This document shows, in pieces, positions 12,585-22,350 of a stretch of DNA of 64,000 nucleotides. The DNA is from a phage, in sequence record PZ386974.1, one strand, 5' to 3'. Position numbers and translations under genes: made by a program. Below the pieces are notes generated by a model. That model searched no databases and was not told the DNA's origin. It saw only the letters and a program-made list of their open reading frames with translations. The first letter of the stretch is position 1, and every line of letters begins with the position of its first letter.

Positions 12585-12703
12585 AAATCACCATTATAAA
12601 TAATAATATCAAAATAATTAGCAGAGACTCTGTCTCCGACCGGATGTTTAATTTGAATGGATAGAACCTAGATTCATTATACCATCAAAAAATGTAAAGC
12701 ATA

Positions 12704-12955
12704 TTAGAACTTGATTTCTATCCAATGACCATCACGCTGATCGTGATTAATTTTGTACTGGAAGCCATTATCACGTAACCACTGCCCGACTTGCTCAGTG
12801 ATAGTTAAATCATTCTTTGACGGGTAGTACGTGAATTGTGTCTGGCCTTTATCAGCGGCTTTCTCTGCCATCACAGAGAAGTTAGTAATAAAATCACTCA
12901 ACAAATTAGCTTTAGTGGCCAGAGCCCTTTCTCTTAATTCCTGTGCAAAACTCAT
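12704..12955 (-). CDS. hypothetical protein (24.2-like)
   Basis: 83-aa ORF in T4 24.2 position. Confidence 0.5.
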   Translation of the reverse strand: MSFAQELRERALATKANLLSDFITNFSVMAEKAADKGQTQFTYYPSKNDLTITEQVGQWLRDNGFQYKINHDQRDGHWIEIKF

Positions 12956-13152
12956 TTCTTCACCTTTTTGTTAATCAAACGTTTACGGTATACAACTTTT
13001 TCTTTTGCTTTAAACTTTGACCGAGCTGTCTCGGCTTTAGTCCATAGTAATCCAACTTCTTTAGGTTGTAAACCAATTTTTTGAGCAATTTCTACGAATG
13101 AAAATCCCGCCTCATGTAATGTATAAACTTCAACTTCAGCTCTCATAATCAA
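12952..13152 (-). CDS. hypothetical protein, possible HTH (24.3-like)
   Basis: 66-aa ORF; ATGA overlap with downstream ORF. Confidence 0.5.
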   Translation of the reverse strand: MIMRAEVEVYTLHEAGFSFVEIAQKIGLQPKEVGLLWTKAETARSKFKAKEKVVYRKRLINKKVKK

Positions 13153-13227
13153 TCCCGTATTATTTGGTTTGTGCCATTATATACATCAATCTCAAGATGT
13201 GTTTTGTATGCTTTAAAAACGAAGAAA

Positions 13228-13241
13228 GGGGCCGAAGCCCC
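13228..13241 (-). terminator. terminator hairpin GGGGC-ttcg-GCCCC + T-run after hoc
   Basis: minus-strand stem-loop then TTTCTTCGTTTTT directly after hoc stop. Confidence 0.55.
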
Positions 13242-13245
13242 TTGA

Positions 13246-14664
13246 TTATGGATATGTATAGATGATACCAGTTTCCAAAGCAGTTTTATGGATGATGTAT
13301 CCATTACGTGATTCTTGAACATCAACTTCTGGATAGTCTTTCATCATCTTCTGAAGCGTATAACGATGCAAGTAATACTTACTATCTGGATCTTCAGTTT
13401 TCCAATCTTTACCTTCTTCAGTCATTTTTTGGATTTCATCCATAACCCACCAACCGCACCAGATGTAAGCTGAAGTACGATGTGGAAGAGGATGAACATA
13501 AGGTAATTCACCTTCTGGTTCTGGAGCAACTTTATCGGTTACCTGAACTTGACCTTCTGCTGTAATAGTTTTGCTATCATAATCAGTAGCAGTAACAGAT
13601 GCAGTAACTTCAATAGTTTGACTTCCAATAGATGAGGTATCAACGGTATATACATTAGTTGACCCTTCTACAGGAGAAGAATCTTTCTTCCATGAATACT
13701 CAATTTGCGCTTCTTCTGGAGCATCAGTGACATTAGCGGTAAATGTAGCCGAAGCATCTTGCTGAACGTTAATAGAAGGAGGAGTCAATGTAACCCGTGG
13801 ATTCATTGTCTTCTTATTAACCGTTAATGATACTTCATTCGAAGTAACTTCCTTTGCATCATAATCTGTCGCGGTTACTTGGGCTACACATTTAATTCTT
13901 TTTACTCCACTTGTAGTCGGAGTATAGCTAAATGTAGAGTTAGTTTCTCCACCAACCTGTGAATCATCTACATACCACTGATACGTAGCAGACGCTCCAA
14001 CCGGTTGAGAAGCTAAGGCAGCAGTAAATTGAACTGGGGTTCCAATTACTCCGGCTGAAGGACTATTGGGAGTTACTGCCAACGTAGTTGTCTGTGTCTT
14101 TTTATTAACAGTCAGTGACACTTCATTAGAAGTAACTTCCTTTGCATCATAATCTGTTGCGGTTACTTGAGCCACACACTTAATTCTTTTTACCCCGCTT
14201 TCGGCAGGAGTGTAATTGAACGTAACGTTAGTTGCTTCGCCAACAGGAGAATCGTCTACATACCATTGATAAGTAGCGTTTGCGCCTGATGGCTGCGAAG
14301 CTAAAGCGGCGGTAAATTCAATAGCTGTTCCTATTACTCCAGCGTCAGGGCTATTGGGAGTTACTGCTAAGGTAGTCGTTTGTGTCTTGTTTTGAACTGT
14401 GATAGTTGTAGAAGCTTCTGCTGTTTCAGCTTCAGCTTCTGGAACTGTATTTGTTGCAACTACTTTAATAGTCTTTTGACCGGCAGGTCCTTTTAGTACA
14501 TAACTAAAAGTTGCTTCAGCTCCATCTTGTGGAACATCATCCACAGACCAAGCATATGTAATAGTTCCGCCCCCAGTTTCACCACTGGGTGTAGCATTAA
14601 ACTGCTTAGTCTCATCTATAACTCCAGTAGGTGTTTTAGGAGTTATATCAACTGTAAAAGCCAT
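13246..14664 (-). CDS. hoc: highly immunogenic outer capsid protein Hoc, with extra Ig-like domain
   Basis: 472-aa ORF; N- and C-termini match T4 Hoc (376 aa); contains two tandem ~96-aa Ig-like repeats where T4 has one. Confidence 0.9.
   Translation of the reverse strand: MAFTVDITPKTPTGVIDETKQFNATPSGETGGGTITYAWSVDDVPQDGAEATFSYVLKGPAGQKTIKVVATNTVPEAEAETAEASTTITVQNKTQTTTLAVTPNSPDAGVIGTAIEFTAALASQPSGANATYQWYVDDSPVGEATNVTFNYTPAESGVKRIKCVAQVTATDYDAKEVTSNEVSLTVNKKTQTTTLAVTPNSPSAGVIGTPVQFTAALASQPVGASATYQWYVDDSQVGGETNSTFSYTPTTSGVKRIKCVAQVTATDYDAKEVTSNEVSLTVNKKTMNPRVTLTPPSINVQQDASATFTANVTDAPEEAQIEYSWKKDSSPVEGSTNVYTVDTSSIGSQTIEVTASVTATDYDSKTITAEGQVQVTDKVAPEPEGELPYVHPLPHRTSAYIWCGWWVMDEIQKMTEEGKDWKTEDPDSKYYLHRYTLQKMMKDYPEVDVQESRNGYIIHKTALETGIIYTYP
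13813..14388 (-). repeat. tandem duplication of 288-bp Ig-like domain unit inside hoc
   Basis: two adjacent 96-codon units (14101-14388 and 13813-14100), clearly similar at nt level (identity not computed), encoding KTQTTTLAVTPNSP...SLTVNK. Confidence 0.8.
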
Positions 14665-14673
14665 AAGTTATCC

Positions 14674-15342
14674 TTATTTTAATGTTACGAAAGAAGAATT
14701 ACGAGTTTCACGAATTAGAACTGATCCATCGCGATTAATATAATAAATTAAGCTAAATAATGTTTGGTGAGCAGAAGCATGCACAAAACTAGTTGGACGA
14801 GATTTCCAATCTGGGGTTTCGGCTATCCATTGATAAATCCACCAAGGAACAGTAACATATCCTGGGCCTTTGCCTAATTTAATGAGTGTAGGACTAAAAT
14901 TTTCAGGCAGAACAAATTTTACTTCTTTATTTACCTCTGGCTCAGGCTCTTTTTCAGATTCAACAACCTGAGTAATTGCTTCTTCGAATTTATCATGGTC
15001 GAATTCTTTTTCTTGTTCGACAACTTCTAATACTTCAACTTGTTCTGTTGGAGAATCAAACAACAGAATAGCTTCTTCTTTAACTTCTTCGTTGGTGAAA
15101 TTAACACCGTCCACATCATCTGCGGCAGTAATTAAATCAGTGATAGATAATCCATCAGTTTCAGGTAATGGTTCATCAGCCAGTGCGTTAAGAGCTTCTT
15201 CGATATCAATAACAATATTATCGAATGATTTTGATTTCTTAACACTAATGCCGAATTGTTCCGCATATTCAAACAGTTTAGCTTTGGCTTCCTTTTTATC
15301 AGAAAGAGCACGTAACTCTTCAATATAGTCTTTATCGATCAT
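14674..15342 (-). CDS. inh: inhibitor of prohead protease (Inh)
   Basis: 222-aa acidic ORF directly downstream of hoc, T4 synteny. Confidence 0.8.
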   Translation of the reverse strand: MIDKDYIEELRALSDKKEAKAKLFEYAEQFGISVKKSKSFDNIVIDIEEALNALADEPLPETDGLSITDLITAADDVDGVNFTNEEVKEEAILLFDSPTEQVEVLEVVEQEKEFDHDKFEEAITQVVESEKEPEPEVNKEVKFVLPENFSPTLIKLGKGPGYVTVPWWIYQWIAETPDWKSRPTSFVHASAHQTLFSLIYYINRDGSVLIRETRNSSFVTLK

Positions 15343-15355
15343 GATATTTCCTCAT

Positions 15356-15363
15356 TATAAATA
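15356..15363 (+). promoter_or_regulatory. TATAAATA late-promoter motif upstream of segE
   Basis: exact TATAAATA 17 nt upstream of the MEKSMYHF ATG. Confidence 0.4.
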
Positions 15364-15379
15364 TAACTATATTTATTAC

Positions 15380-16123
15380 ATGGAAAAGAGTATGTATCAC
15401 TTTGTTTATGAGACCGTAAATTTAATCAATGGTAAAAAGTACATTGGCAAACATTCTACAGAAAATTTAAATGATTCGTATCTAGGGTCAGGTGTTGCCT
15501 TAAATCGCGCTATCAAAAAATACGGAGAAGAATCATTTAAACGTTCAATAATTAAACAATTTGAAACTTCCGCTGAAGCTTTAGAATACGAAGCTCAGTT
15601 AGTAACAGAGGATTTGGTCAAATCTAACGAGTATTATAATATGCGCCAAGGCGGTGAAGGTGGAAGGTATAAGTACACCGAAGCTGATAAGACTAAAATG
15701 TCTAATAGTGCTAAAGAACGAATAAAGAGGCTTGGTCATAATCTTTTAGGAAAACACAGATCGGAAGAAACAAAAAGAAAACTATCTGAAACAAATAAAC
15801 GTCGATACTCTGAAGACCCAACATGCCACGGGCGGTATGGTACAGGAAAGCCAAAGATTGATAAAATTAAAGGTCCTAAAAATCCTACAACTCTAAATAA
15901 AATTTGTGTTAACAACGGTAAAGAAAACAGATTTATATCAGCCGAGGACCCGATGCCTGAAGGATTTGTAAAAGGAATGGTCCAACTTAATAGAAAATCT
16001 AGAAAGGGTTGTGAAGTAAAACCTACGACCACCGGCAGAATATGGGTAAATAACGGGGCTATAAATAAATTAGTAAATCCGTTATCCATCCCAGATGGAT
16101 ATGTTAAAGGCCGTTTAAGGTAA
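15380..16123 (+). CDS. segE: GIY-YIG homing endonuclease SegE-like
   Basis: GIY-YIG module (YHFVYETVNLINGKKYIGKHS); same inh-uvsW location as T4 segE; start placed at ATG 15380 not the ORF-track ATG 15341. Confidence 0.8.
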   Translation: MEKSMYHFVYETVNLINGKKYIGKHSTENLNDSYLGSGVALNRAIKKYGEESFKRSIIKQFETSAEALEYEAQLVTEDLVKSNEYYNMRQGGEGGRYKYTEADKTKMSNSAKERIKRLGHNLLGKHRSEETKRKLSETNKRRYSEDPTCHGRYGTGKPKIDKIKGPKNPTTLNKICVNNGKENRFISAEDPMPEGFVKGMVQLNRKSRKGCEVKPTTTGRIWVNNGAINKLVNPLSIPDGYVKGRLR

Positions 16124-16128
16124 TTATT

Positions 16129-17643
16129 ATGACAGATATTAAAGTACATTTTCATGATTTTAGCCATGTAAGAATTGAATGCGACGAAAGCGTGTTCTAT
16201 GAATTACGCGACTTTTTTAGCTTTGAAGCCGATGGGTACAAATTCAACCCGCGTTACAAATATGGGAACTGGGATGGTAGAATTCGACTTTTAGATTACA
16301 ATCGTTTGTTACCATATGGACTTGTAGGACAAATAAAAAAGTTCTGTAACAATATGAGTTATTCTGTATGGATTGACCCTAAAATCTTTGAGACTGAAGA
16401 CCTTACCAGGGAAGATTTTGACGCATGGCTTTCTAAACAAGAAATTTATTCTGGCAACGCCAAAATTGAACCACATTGGTATCAAAAAGATGCAGTATAT
16501 GAAGGACTAGTTAATCGTCGTCGAATTTTAAACCTTCCGACATCAGCAGGTAAATCACTAATCCAAGCACTTTTAGCTCGGTATTATCTAGAGAACTATG
16601 AAGGTAAAATTCTCATTATCGTCCCTACAACGGCATTGACAACTCAGATGGCTAATGATTTTGTTGATTATCGCTTGTTTAGTCATTCGATGATTAAGAA
16701 AATTGGCGGTGGTGCTGATAAAGCGGACAAATCTAAAAACGACGCTCCAATTATTGTTGGCACATGGCAAACGGTAGTTAAGCAGCCTAAAGAATGGTTC
16801 TCTCAGTTCGGTATGATGATGAACGACGAATGCCACTTAGCAACAGGCAAAAGTATTTCTTCAATCATCTCAGGATTAAATAATTGCATGTTTAAATTCG
16901 GTTTATCCGGCTCATTAAGAGACGGAAAAGCCAATGTAATGCAGTATGTAGGCATGTTCGGCGAAATCTTCCGTCCTGTTAGCACGTCTAAATTAATGGA
17001 AGATGGACAGGTAACTGAGCTTAAGATTAATAGTATTTTCCTTCGTTATCCGGACGAATTCACCGTTAAATTAAAAGGTAAAACATACCAAGAAGAAGTT
17101 AAAATTATTACCGGACTAAAACGTCGTACAAAGTGGATTGCTCAACTTTCGGTCAAATTGGCTAAGAAAGACGAGAACGCCTTTGTAATGTTTAAACACG
17201 TTACACACGGTAAAGAAATATTTGAAGCTATTAAAGAGCTTGGATACGAAAAAGTTTATTACGTATCAGGTGAAGTTGATACTGAAACACGTAACGCGCT
17301 TAAAGTCATGGCAGAAAATGGTAAAGGCATTATTATTGTCGCATCATATGGAGTATTCTCTACTGGTATTTCAGTCAAGAATCTTCATCATGTTATTTTC
17401 GCCCATGGTGTTAAATCAAAAATTATCGTACTTCAAACAGTAGGTCGTGTGCTTCGTAAGCATGGTTCTAAAGCTGTTGCTACAGTTTGGGATCTCATCG
17501 ATGACGCAGGTGTAAAACCTAAATCATTAAATACTAAAAAGAAGTATACTCATCTTAATTACTTGTTAAAACACGGTATTGATCGTATCCAGCGTTACGC
17601 TGATGAGAAATTTAACTATGTAATGAAAACAATTAATTTATAA
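16129..17643 (+). CDS. uvsW: UvsW DNA/RNA-DNA helicase
   Basis: 504-aa ORF; SF2 helicase motifs (PTSAGKS Walker A, DECH box). Confidence 0.93.
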   Translation: MTDIKVHFHDFSHVRIECDESVFYELRDFFSFEADGYKFNPRYKYGNWDGRIRLLDYNRLLPYGLVGQIKKFCNNMSYSVWIDPKIFETEDLTREDFDAWLSKQEIYSGNAKIEPHWYQKDAVYEGLVNRRRILNLPTSAGKSLIQALLARYYLENYEGKILIIVPTTALTTQMANDFVDYRLFSHSMIKKIGGGADKADKSKNDAPIIVGTWQTVVKQPKEWFSQFGMMMNDECHLATGKSISSIISGLNNCMFKFGLSGSLRDGKANVMQYVGMFGEIFRPVSTSKLMEDGQVTELKINSIFLRYPDEFTVKLKGKTYQEEVKIITGLKRRTKWIAQLSVKLAKKDENAFVMFKHVTHGKEIFEAIKELGYEKVYYVSGEVDTETRNALKVMAENGKGIIIVASYGVFSTGISVKNLHHVIFAHGVKSKIIVLQTVGRVLRKHGSKAVATVWDLIDDAGVKPKSLNTKKKYTHLNYLLKHGIDRIQRYADEKFNYVMKTINL

Positions 17644-17668
17644 GGGCTTCGGCCCTTAGGAGATAAAA

Positions 17669-17899
17669 ATGGTACTTGAATTTAAACAATTTTTATACGA
17701 AGCATCTATTGACGAATTCATGGGTAAAATTGCTAGTTGTCATACCTTAGAAGGGCTTGAAGAATTGGAAGCTTATTATAAGAAACGTATAAAAGAAACG
17801 GAATTAAAAGATACAGATGATATTTCTGTCAGGGATGCCTTAGCAGGTAAGCGTGCCGAACTTGAAGGCGATGATGAGGATGTGGAAGAAGACTTCTAA
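17669..17899 (+). CDS. uvsW.1: UvsW.1 small acidic protein
   Basis: 76-aa ORF downstream of uvsW with AGGAG RBS. Confidence 0.75.
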   Translation: MVLEFKQFLYEASIDEFMGKIASCHTLEGLEELEAYYKKRIKETELKDTDDISVRDALAGKRAELEGDDEDVEEDF

Positions 17900-17959
17900 T
17901 TAAAAAAAGGCCCGACCTTTTTGGAAGGGCCAAAAACCATAGGCAAAAAAGGTAACACT

Positions 17960-18127
17960 ATAGTAAAAGTTGGGTTTCGTTCAATTGCTCTTCTGAACTT
18001 TCTGAAACCGGCAATTGTTGGACATAATTATAACAAGGACCAGGATGTGCTGGACCTTTGTCTGTTTCAACAACCAATGCAGAATCGATTGGAGTTTTAC
18101 AGACAACACAAATCTTATCTGACATGA
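17960..18127 (-). CDS. small Cys-containing protein (uvsY.-2-like), below ORF-track size cutoff
   Basis: 55-aa ORF MSDKICVVCKTPIDS...PGPCYNY with GGAGG RBS 7 nt upstream; hand-translated. Confidence 0.5.
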
Positions 18128-18157
18128 TTGCCTCCTAAGTTGAAATTACATATCTAT

Positions 18158-18382
18158 TTATACCACTCGCATGCACATATCGATACCCATATCTTTTGTA
18201 TAAAAATACTCGTCGATGTACCCAGCAAACTTCCCTTTAATATAAAGGACGTCTTCGCCACAAGGATGGTCTGCCAGGATACGAATATCCTGACGACGTA
18301 GACGATACTTTTCCATTAAGAATTTAATTTCAGTTTCAAATTCTTCATCATTATTAAAGGCATCTTCAATTGAATAACGCAT
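18158..18382 (-). CDS. hypothetical protein (uvsY.-1-like)
   Basis: 74-aa ORF downstream of uvsY, stop/start overlap. Confidence 0.6.
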   Translation of the reverse strand: MRYSIEDAFNNDEEFETEIKFLMEKYRLRRQDIRILADHPCGEDVLYIKGKFAGYIDEYFYTKDMGIDMCMRVV

Positions 18383-18795
18383 TATTGCCCCGCTTCAAAT
18401 TCTCGCATATCCTGGATATGTTTAAGTGCAAAACTACGAGACTTAACTGCGTCAAGTGCACCACTACAGAACTCAAGTAAAATTCCCCAGTATTGTAAAG
18501 TAGTCTCTATTTTAAGCACATCTTTATCTGCAGCCAGGACAGTTTTCATTTCAGATTTCTCGTATCGGTCCATACTGAATTCATCACCATCACCTCGTCC
18601 CGAGTAGTAGTCTAATCTCGCTTTTAGAGCAGTTTTCTTCTGAGTCTCTATACGCAACATTTCTTTACGAATAAATGAGTGCTTACGTAGCCATTTGCTG
18701 TATAACTTAACATTATTCGCTGTCTCATATTGCAACTTTGTCGTATCAATAGCTAAGTCTGCGTCTAACTCTTCCTGTAAATCTTCCAGCTTCAT
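18382..18795 (-). CDS. uvsY: UvsY recombination mediator
   Basis: 137-aa product from internal ATG (MKLEDLQEEL...) matches T4 UvsY; the 164-aa ORF-track version is an upstream extension. Confidence 0.9.
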   Translation of the reverse strand: MKLEDLQEELDADLAIDTTKLQYETANNVKLYSKWLRKHSFIRKEMLRIETQKKTALKARLDYYSGRGDGDEFSMDRYEKSEMKTVLAADKDVLKIETTLQYWGILLEFCSGALDAVKSRSFALKHIQDMREFEAGQ

Positions 18796-18875
18796 AATAT
18801 TCTCTCTTTTAACTAATAATCTCCCGGCTGTATCGGAAGGACCTAAAACCATTATACATAGGTTGCCTTGAAGCA

Positions 18876-19274
18876 TTACACTCTATTGCTTGATGCTAAC
18901 TGAAGTTTGATTTGTTCGATATCATCAGGGTTATCTACGACCGAAAATCTAATCTCTACTATAACTGTATAATCATCATATACTGGCGTTACACTTACAG
19001 AAAGTTTGTCGATGCGCGGCTCATAGTTACGGACGGCTGCCTGGATATTACGCTCAATCGTATCGGCTGTAAGTGGTGTCATGTTCTCGAAAAGTTCATC
19101 AACCAAATCGCATCCAAATTCAGGGTCGAAGGGGCGTGAGCCTTTTCTAGTTGTCACTATGCCAAGAAGACTATTTTTAATAGAACGAAGTCCTACAGAA
19201 CGAGCAACGTCCTTGTTCCAATCCATACGCATTTCTGGGTCGATATCTGAATAAAGTTTATTGATATTAGACAT
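18876..19274 (-). CDS. 25: baseplate wedge protein gp25
   Basis: 132 aa; MSNINKLYSDIDPEM... near-identical to T4 gp25. Confidence 0.95.
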   Translation of the reverse strand: MSNINKLYSDIDPEMRMDWNKDVARSVGLRSIKNSLLGIVTTRKGSRPFDPEFGCDLVDELFENMTPLTADTIERNIQAAVRNYEPRIDKLSVSVTPVYDDYTVIVEIRFSVVDNPDDIEQIKLQLASSNRV

Positions 19275-19900
19275 TATAGTAACTCAAAGAATTCTTTGAG
19301 GCCTCGTATTGTGTGAACGTGTGACGCCCCACATTTGGGACATTTAATAGGGGTTGCCAGATAAATTGATGGCGACACTAAAAGATTTTTAATATTGATC
19401 ATATCATCTTCTGTTATAAGGCCGTAAAGGTCGTTTATTTCTGCTTCAGTTAAATCTTCAACAGCGATGGACTCTCCATTTACAAAAACGGCCTCAATAC
19501 ATGAAGCAATCATTAATGCGATATTTTTATCGTCAAATAATTTAGGTTGACGGAACTTAATTTTAATACCACTAAACGAATACCAGGGATCGGCCTGTTC
19601 ATCTAATTGAGTGTGCAATAAATTCATATAGACTTGAAATGAATGCCCACAGGAACAATTCCAGGTGTGTTCTTGATTCACTTCACCTAATGAATGTGCC
19701 CACAGATTTACCAACAATAGCTCGGCTTCTTGTTTAGTCAAGTTTTTAGCGTTAGAGCAATTAGTGATAATATTGTTCACTGCTGATTCAATAGTACCGG
19801 TAGCCCGCGCACCTATGAGTCCTAAATATTCTTTTAAAGTAAAGGCTCTACAATTCACTTCTTTATCGCCTAAACGTACGGTAAACGTATATTTGTACAT
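19274..19900 (-). CDS. 26: baseplate hub protein gp26
   Basis: 208 aa, T4 gp26 length; ATGA overlap with gene 25. Confidence 0.9.
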   Translation of the reverse strand: MYKYTFTVRLGDKEVNCRAFTLKEYLGLIGARATGTIESAVNNIITNCSNAKNLTKQEAELLLVNLWAHSLGEVNQEHTWNCSCGHSFQVYMNLLHTQLDEQADPWYSFSGIKIKFRQPKLFDDKNIALMIASCIEAVFVNGESIAVEDLTEAEINDLYGLITEDDMINIKNLLVSPSIYLATPIKCPKCGASHVHTIRGLKEFFELL

Positions 19901-19918
19901 GTTAACTCCTTTATTGTG

Positions 19919-19930
19919 TATTTATAAATA
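19919..19930. promoter_or_regulatory. palindromic bidirectional late promoter TATTTATAAATA between genes 26 and 51
   Basis: 12-bp palindrome gives TATAAATA on both strands, correctly spaced upstream of gene 51 (+) and gene 26 (-). Confidence 0.5.
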
Positions 19931-19947
19931 ATAGAAAAGGAGTAATT

Positions 19948-20700
19948 ATGGCTAATATAATTCGTTGTAAATTACCGGATGGTGTTCATCGTTTTAAGCC
20001 GTTCACTGTGGCGGATTATAGAGACTTTTTACTAGTTAGAAATGACATCGAACATCGTTCGCCGCAAGAACAAAAAGAAATAATTGCCGATCTGATTGAT
20101 GATTATTTTGGCGAGTACCCTAAAACATGGCAACCATTTATATTCCTGCAAGTTTTTGCAGGCTCTATAGGCAAAACAAAAGTTCCCGTTATTTTCACTT
20201 GCCCTAAATGCTCTAAAGAAAAAACTGCACCATTTGAGATATATCAAAAAGAACTAGTCGAACCTGAACTTGATGTTGCTGGTATAAAAATACGGTTTTC
20301 TTTCCCTGAAAAGTTTTATGACAACAAGGCGTTAATGATAAGTGAAAACATAAAAGAAATATATTATAATGACGAATGGTACCCATGGAATGATTTGACT
20401 GAAGAGAACCAAATCCAAGTAATAGAAGCAATAGACATTGACTCGCTCGAGAAGGTTATTGCTTCTATGAACCCTATTAATTTAACTCTTAGATTAGGTT
20501 GTTGTGAACGACATGTTAAAACATATACTGATATCTTAGAGGTTTTTAAATTGTTAGTTAACCCTGATGAGATTTTTACATTCTATCAGATAAACCATTC
20601 ACTGGTAAAGAGTCAATACACATTGGATTCTATTATGCAAATGATTCCTGTTGAACGTGGTATTGCTTTAACATTAGTAGAAAAGGACCATAAAAAATGA
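19948..20700 (+). CDS. 51: baseplate hub assembly catalyst gp51
   Basis: 250 aa, T4 synteny 26-51-27. Confidence 0.9.
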   Translation: MANIIRCKLPDGVHRFKPFTVADYRDFLLVRNDIEHRSPQEQKEIIADLIDDYFGEYPKTWQPFIFLQVFAGSIGKTKVPVIFTCPKCSKEKTAPFEIYQKELVEPELDVAGIKIRFSFPEKFYDNKALMISENIKEIYYNDEWYPWNDLTEENQIQVIEAIDIDSLEKVIASMNPINLTLRLGCCERHVKTYTDILEVFKLLVNPDEIFTFYQINHSLVKSQYTLDSIMQMIPVERGIALTLVEKDHKK

Positions 20701-21869
20701 AAGTATTCCAACGTCCAGGATATCCTAACTTAAGCGTTAAATTATACCAAGATTATTCGGCTTGGCAAGAAAATAGATACGTTGAACTCGCGGCAACAAT
20801 AACAACTTTAACCATGCGAGATTCGTTATATGGAAGAAATGAAGGGATTCTTCAATTTTATGACACTAAAAACATCCACACTAAAATGGACGGTAGACAG
20901 ATAGTTCAAATCTCTGTTTCAAATTCAAACACGCCTCTCCAAGTTAGAACTCGAATTTATGGATGCAAACATTATTCTGTGTCTGTGGACTCAAAAGGTG
21001 ACAATATTATTGCAATTGAGCTTGGAACAATACATTCTATAGAGAACCTTAAATTTGGGCGACCATTCTTCCCGGACGCAGGAGAATCTATACGTGAAAT
21101 GTTAGGTGTCATATACAAAGACCGTGCGTTAATTACTCCGCCAATAAACACTATTAATGCTTATGTTCCTGATATCCCTTGGACAAGCACATTTGATGAT
21201 TATTTGGCATATGTCAGAGAATTAGGACTTGCTACAGCGAGTGATAAGTTCGTATTCGTATGGCAAGATATTTTAGGCGTAAACATGATTGACTATGATA
21301 CTCTTATTGGTCAGGAAGGCATTAAGATGATTGTAGGCGAGCCAAATACCGTAGGTCAGTATATTCAAGAGCTTGAGTATCCATTAGTATGGGATTTCAC
21401 CTGGATGACTAAAGCTAACCAATTTACAAGAGACCCTATTAAAAACGCCACGATATTCGCTCATTCATTTTTAGATACATCTATTCCGGTTATTGTTACA
21501 GGCGATGGTGATAATGCTATTGTTGTGTCAAGATCCGGTGGATATTCCGAAATGACCTATCGTAATGGATTTGAAGAAGCAAGTCGTCTTCAGACAATGG
21601 CTCAATATGACGGATATGCTAAATGCACTACTACAGGTAATTTTAACATAACTCCTGCTACTAAAATTATATTTGTTGACCAAAAGAACCAATTCAAATC
21701 CGAATTTTACGTGGATGAAGTTATTCATGAGTTATCAAATAACAACTCACAAACTCATCTGTACATGTTTACCAACTCAATGGTGTTAGAACCTGTTAAC
21801 CCAGTTAAGGTTAAAAATGAACTTAAATCTGATTCTACCTCTAAAGAAAATAATTCTACCACAGTCTAA
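20697..21869 (+). CDS. 27: baseplate hub protein gp27
   Basis: 390 aa, T4 gp27 length. Confidence 0.92.
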   Translation: MKVFQRPGYPNLSVKLYQDYSAWQENRYVELAATITTLTMRDSLYGRNEGILQFYDTKNIHTKMDGRQIVQISVSNSNTPLQVRTRIYGCKHYSVSVDSKGDNIIAIELGTIHSIENLKFGRPFFPDAGESIREMLGVIYKDRALITPPINTINAYVPDIPWTSTFDDYLAYVRELGLATASDKFVFVWQDILGVNMIDYDTLIGQEGIKMIVGEPNTVGQYIQELEYPLVWDFTWMTKANQFTRDPIKNATIFAHSFLDTSIPVIVTGDGDNAIVVSRSGGYSEMTYRNGFEEASRLQTMAQYDGYAKCTTTGNFNITPATKIIFVDQKNQFKSEFYVDEVIHELSNNNSQTHLYMFTNSMVLEPVNPVKVKNELKSDSTSKENNSTTV

Positions 21870-22350
21870 TAAAAAGGTAATGATTCCCAAATTAGGGCTA
21901 AAACATTATAATCTTTTAAAGGACGTTAAAGGCCCTGATGAAAACATGAAAATCTTAGCTGATTCTATTTGTAAAAATATGAGTCCTGCAGATTTTGATT
22001 TTGCGTGTCTACACATATTGGAATTTAATAACAAACTTAAGTCTGAAGTTGAAAAAGACGGATTCACGTATAAACTAGATGACGTCTATGTATGTCAACG
22101 AACAGAATTCCAATTCCAAGGCAATACTTTTTATTTTAGACCCCCAGGCAAATTTGAACAATTCGCTACAATCAGTGAAATGCTATCAAATTGCTTAATA
22201 AAAGTTAATGACGAAGAGAAAGAAATTTCTTTCCTTGAGATGCCTGCTTTTGTAATCAAATGGGCAGAAGACCTTTCGACAACTATTGCTATTCCAGGCC
22301 CTAATGGCCCTATTAAGGGTATAGCAGAAATTATTGGATTGCTTGAATGA
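21817..22350 (+). CDS. 28: baseplate hub distal subunit gp28
   Basis: 177 aa; overlaps gene 27 3' end by 53 nt as in T4. Confidence 0.88.
   Translation: MNLNLILPLKKIILPQSNKKVMIPKLGLKHYNLLKDVKGPDENMKILADSICKNMSPADFDFACLHILEFNNKLKSEVEKDGFTYKLDDVYVCQRTEFQFQGNTFYFRPPGKFEQFATISEMLSNCLIKVNDEEKEISFLEMPAFVIKWAEDLSTTIAIPGPNGPIKGIAEIIGLLE

Noticed and set aside
12595-12602. TATAAATA on the plus strand between rnlB and the 24.2-like gene
   Set aside because: No plus-strand gene follows; an AT-rich 8-mer is expected by chance several times per strand in 64 kb, so a late-promoter call needs positional support.
18382-18876. 164-aa extended form of uvsY from the ORF track
   Set aside because: The first 27 codons overlap the 3' end of gene 25; the T4-homologous product starts at the internal ATG (18795), so the long form is an upstream artefact.
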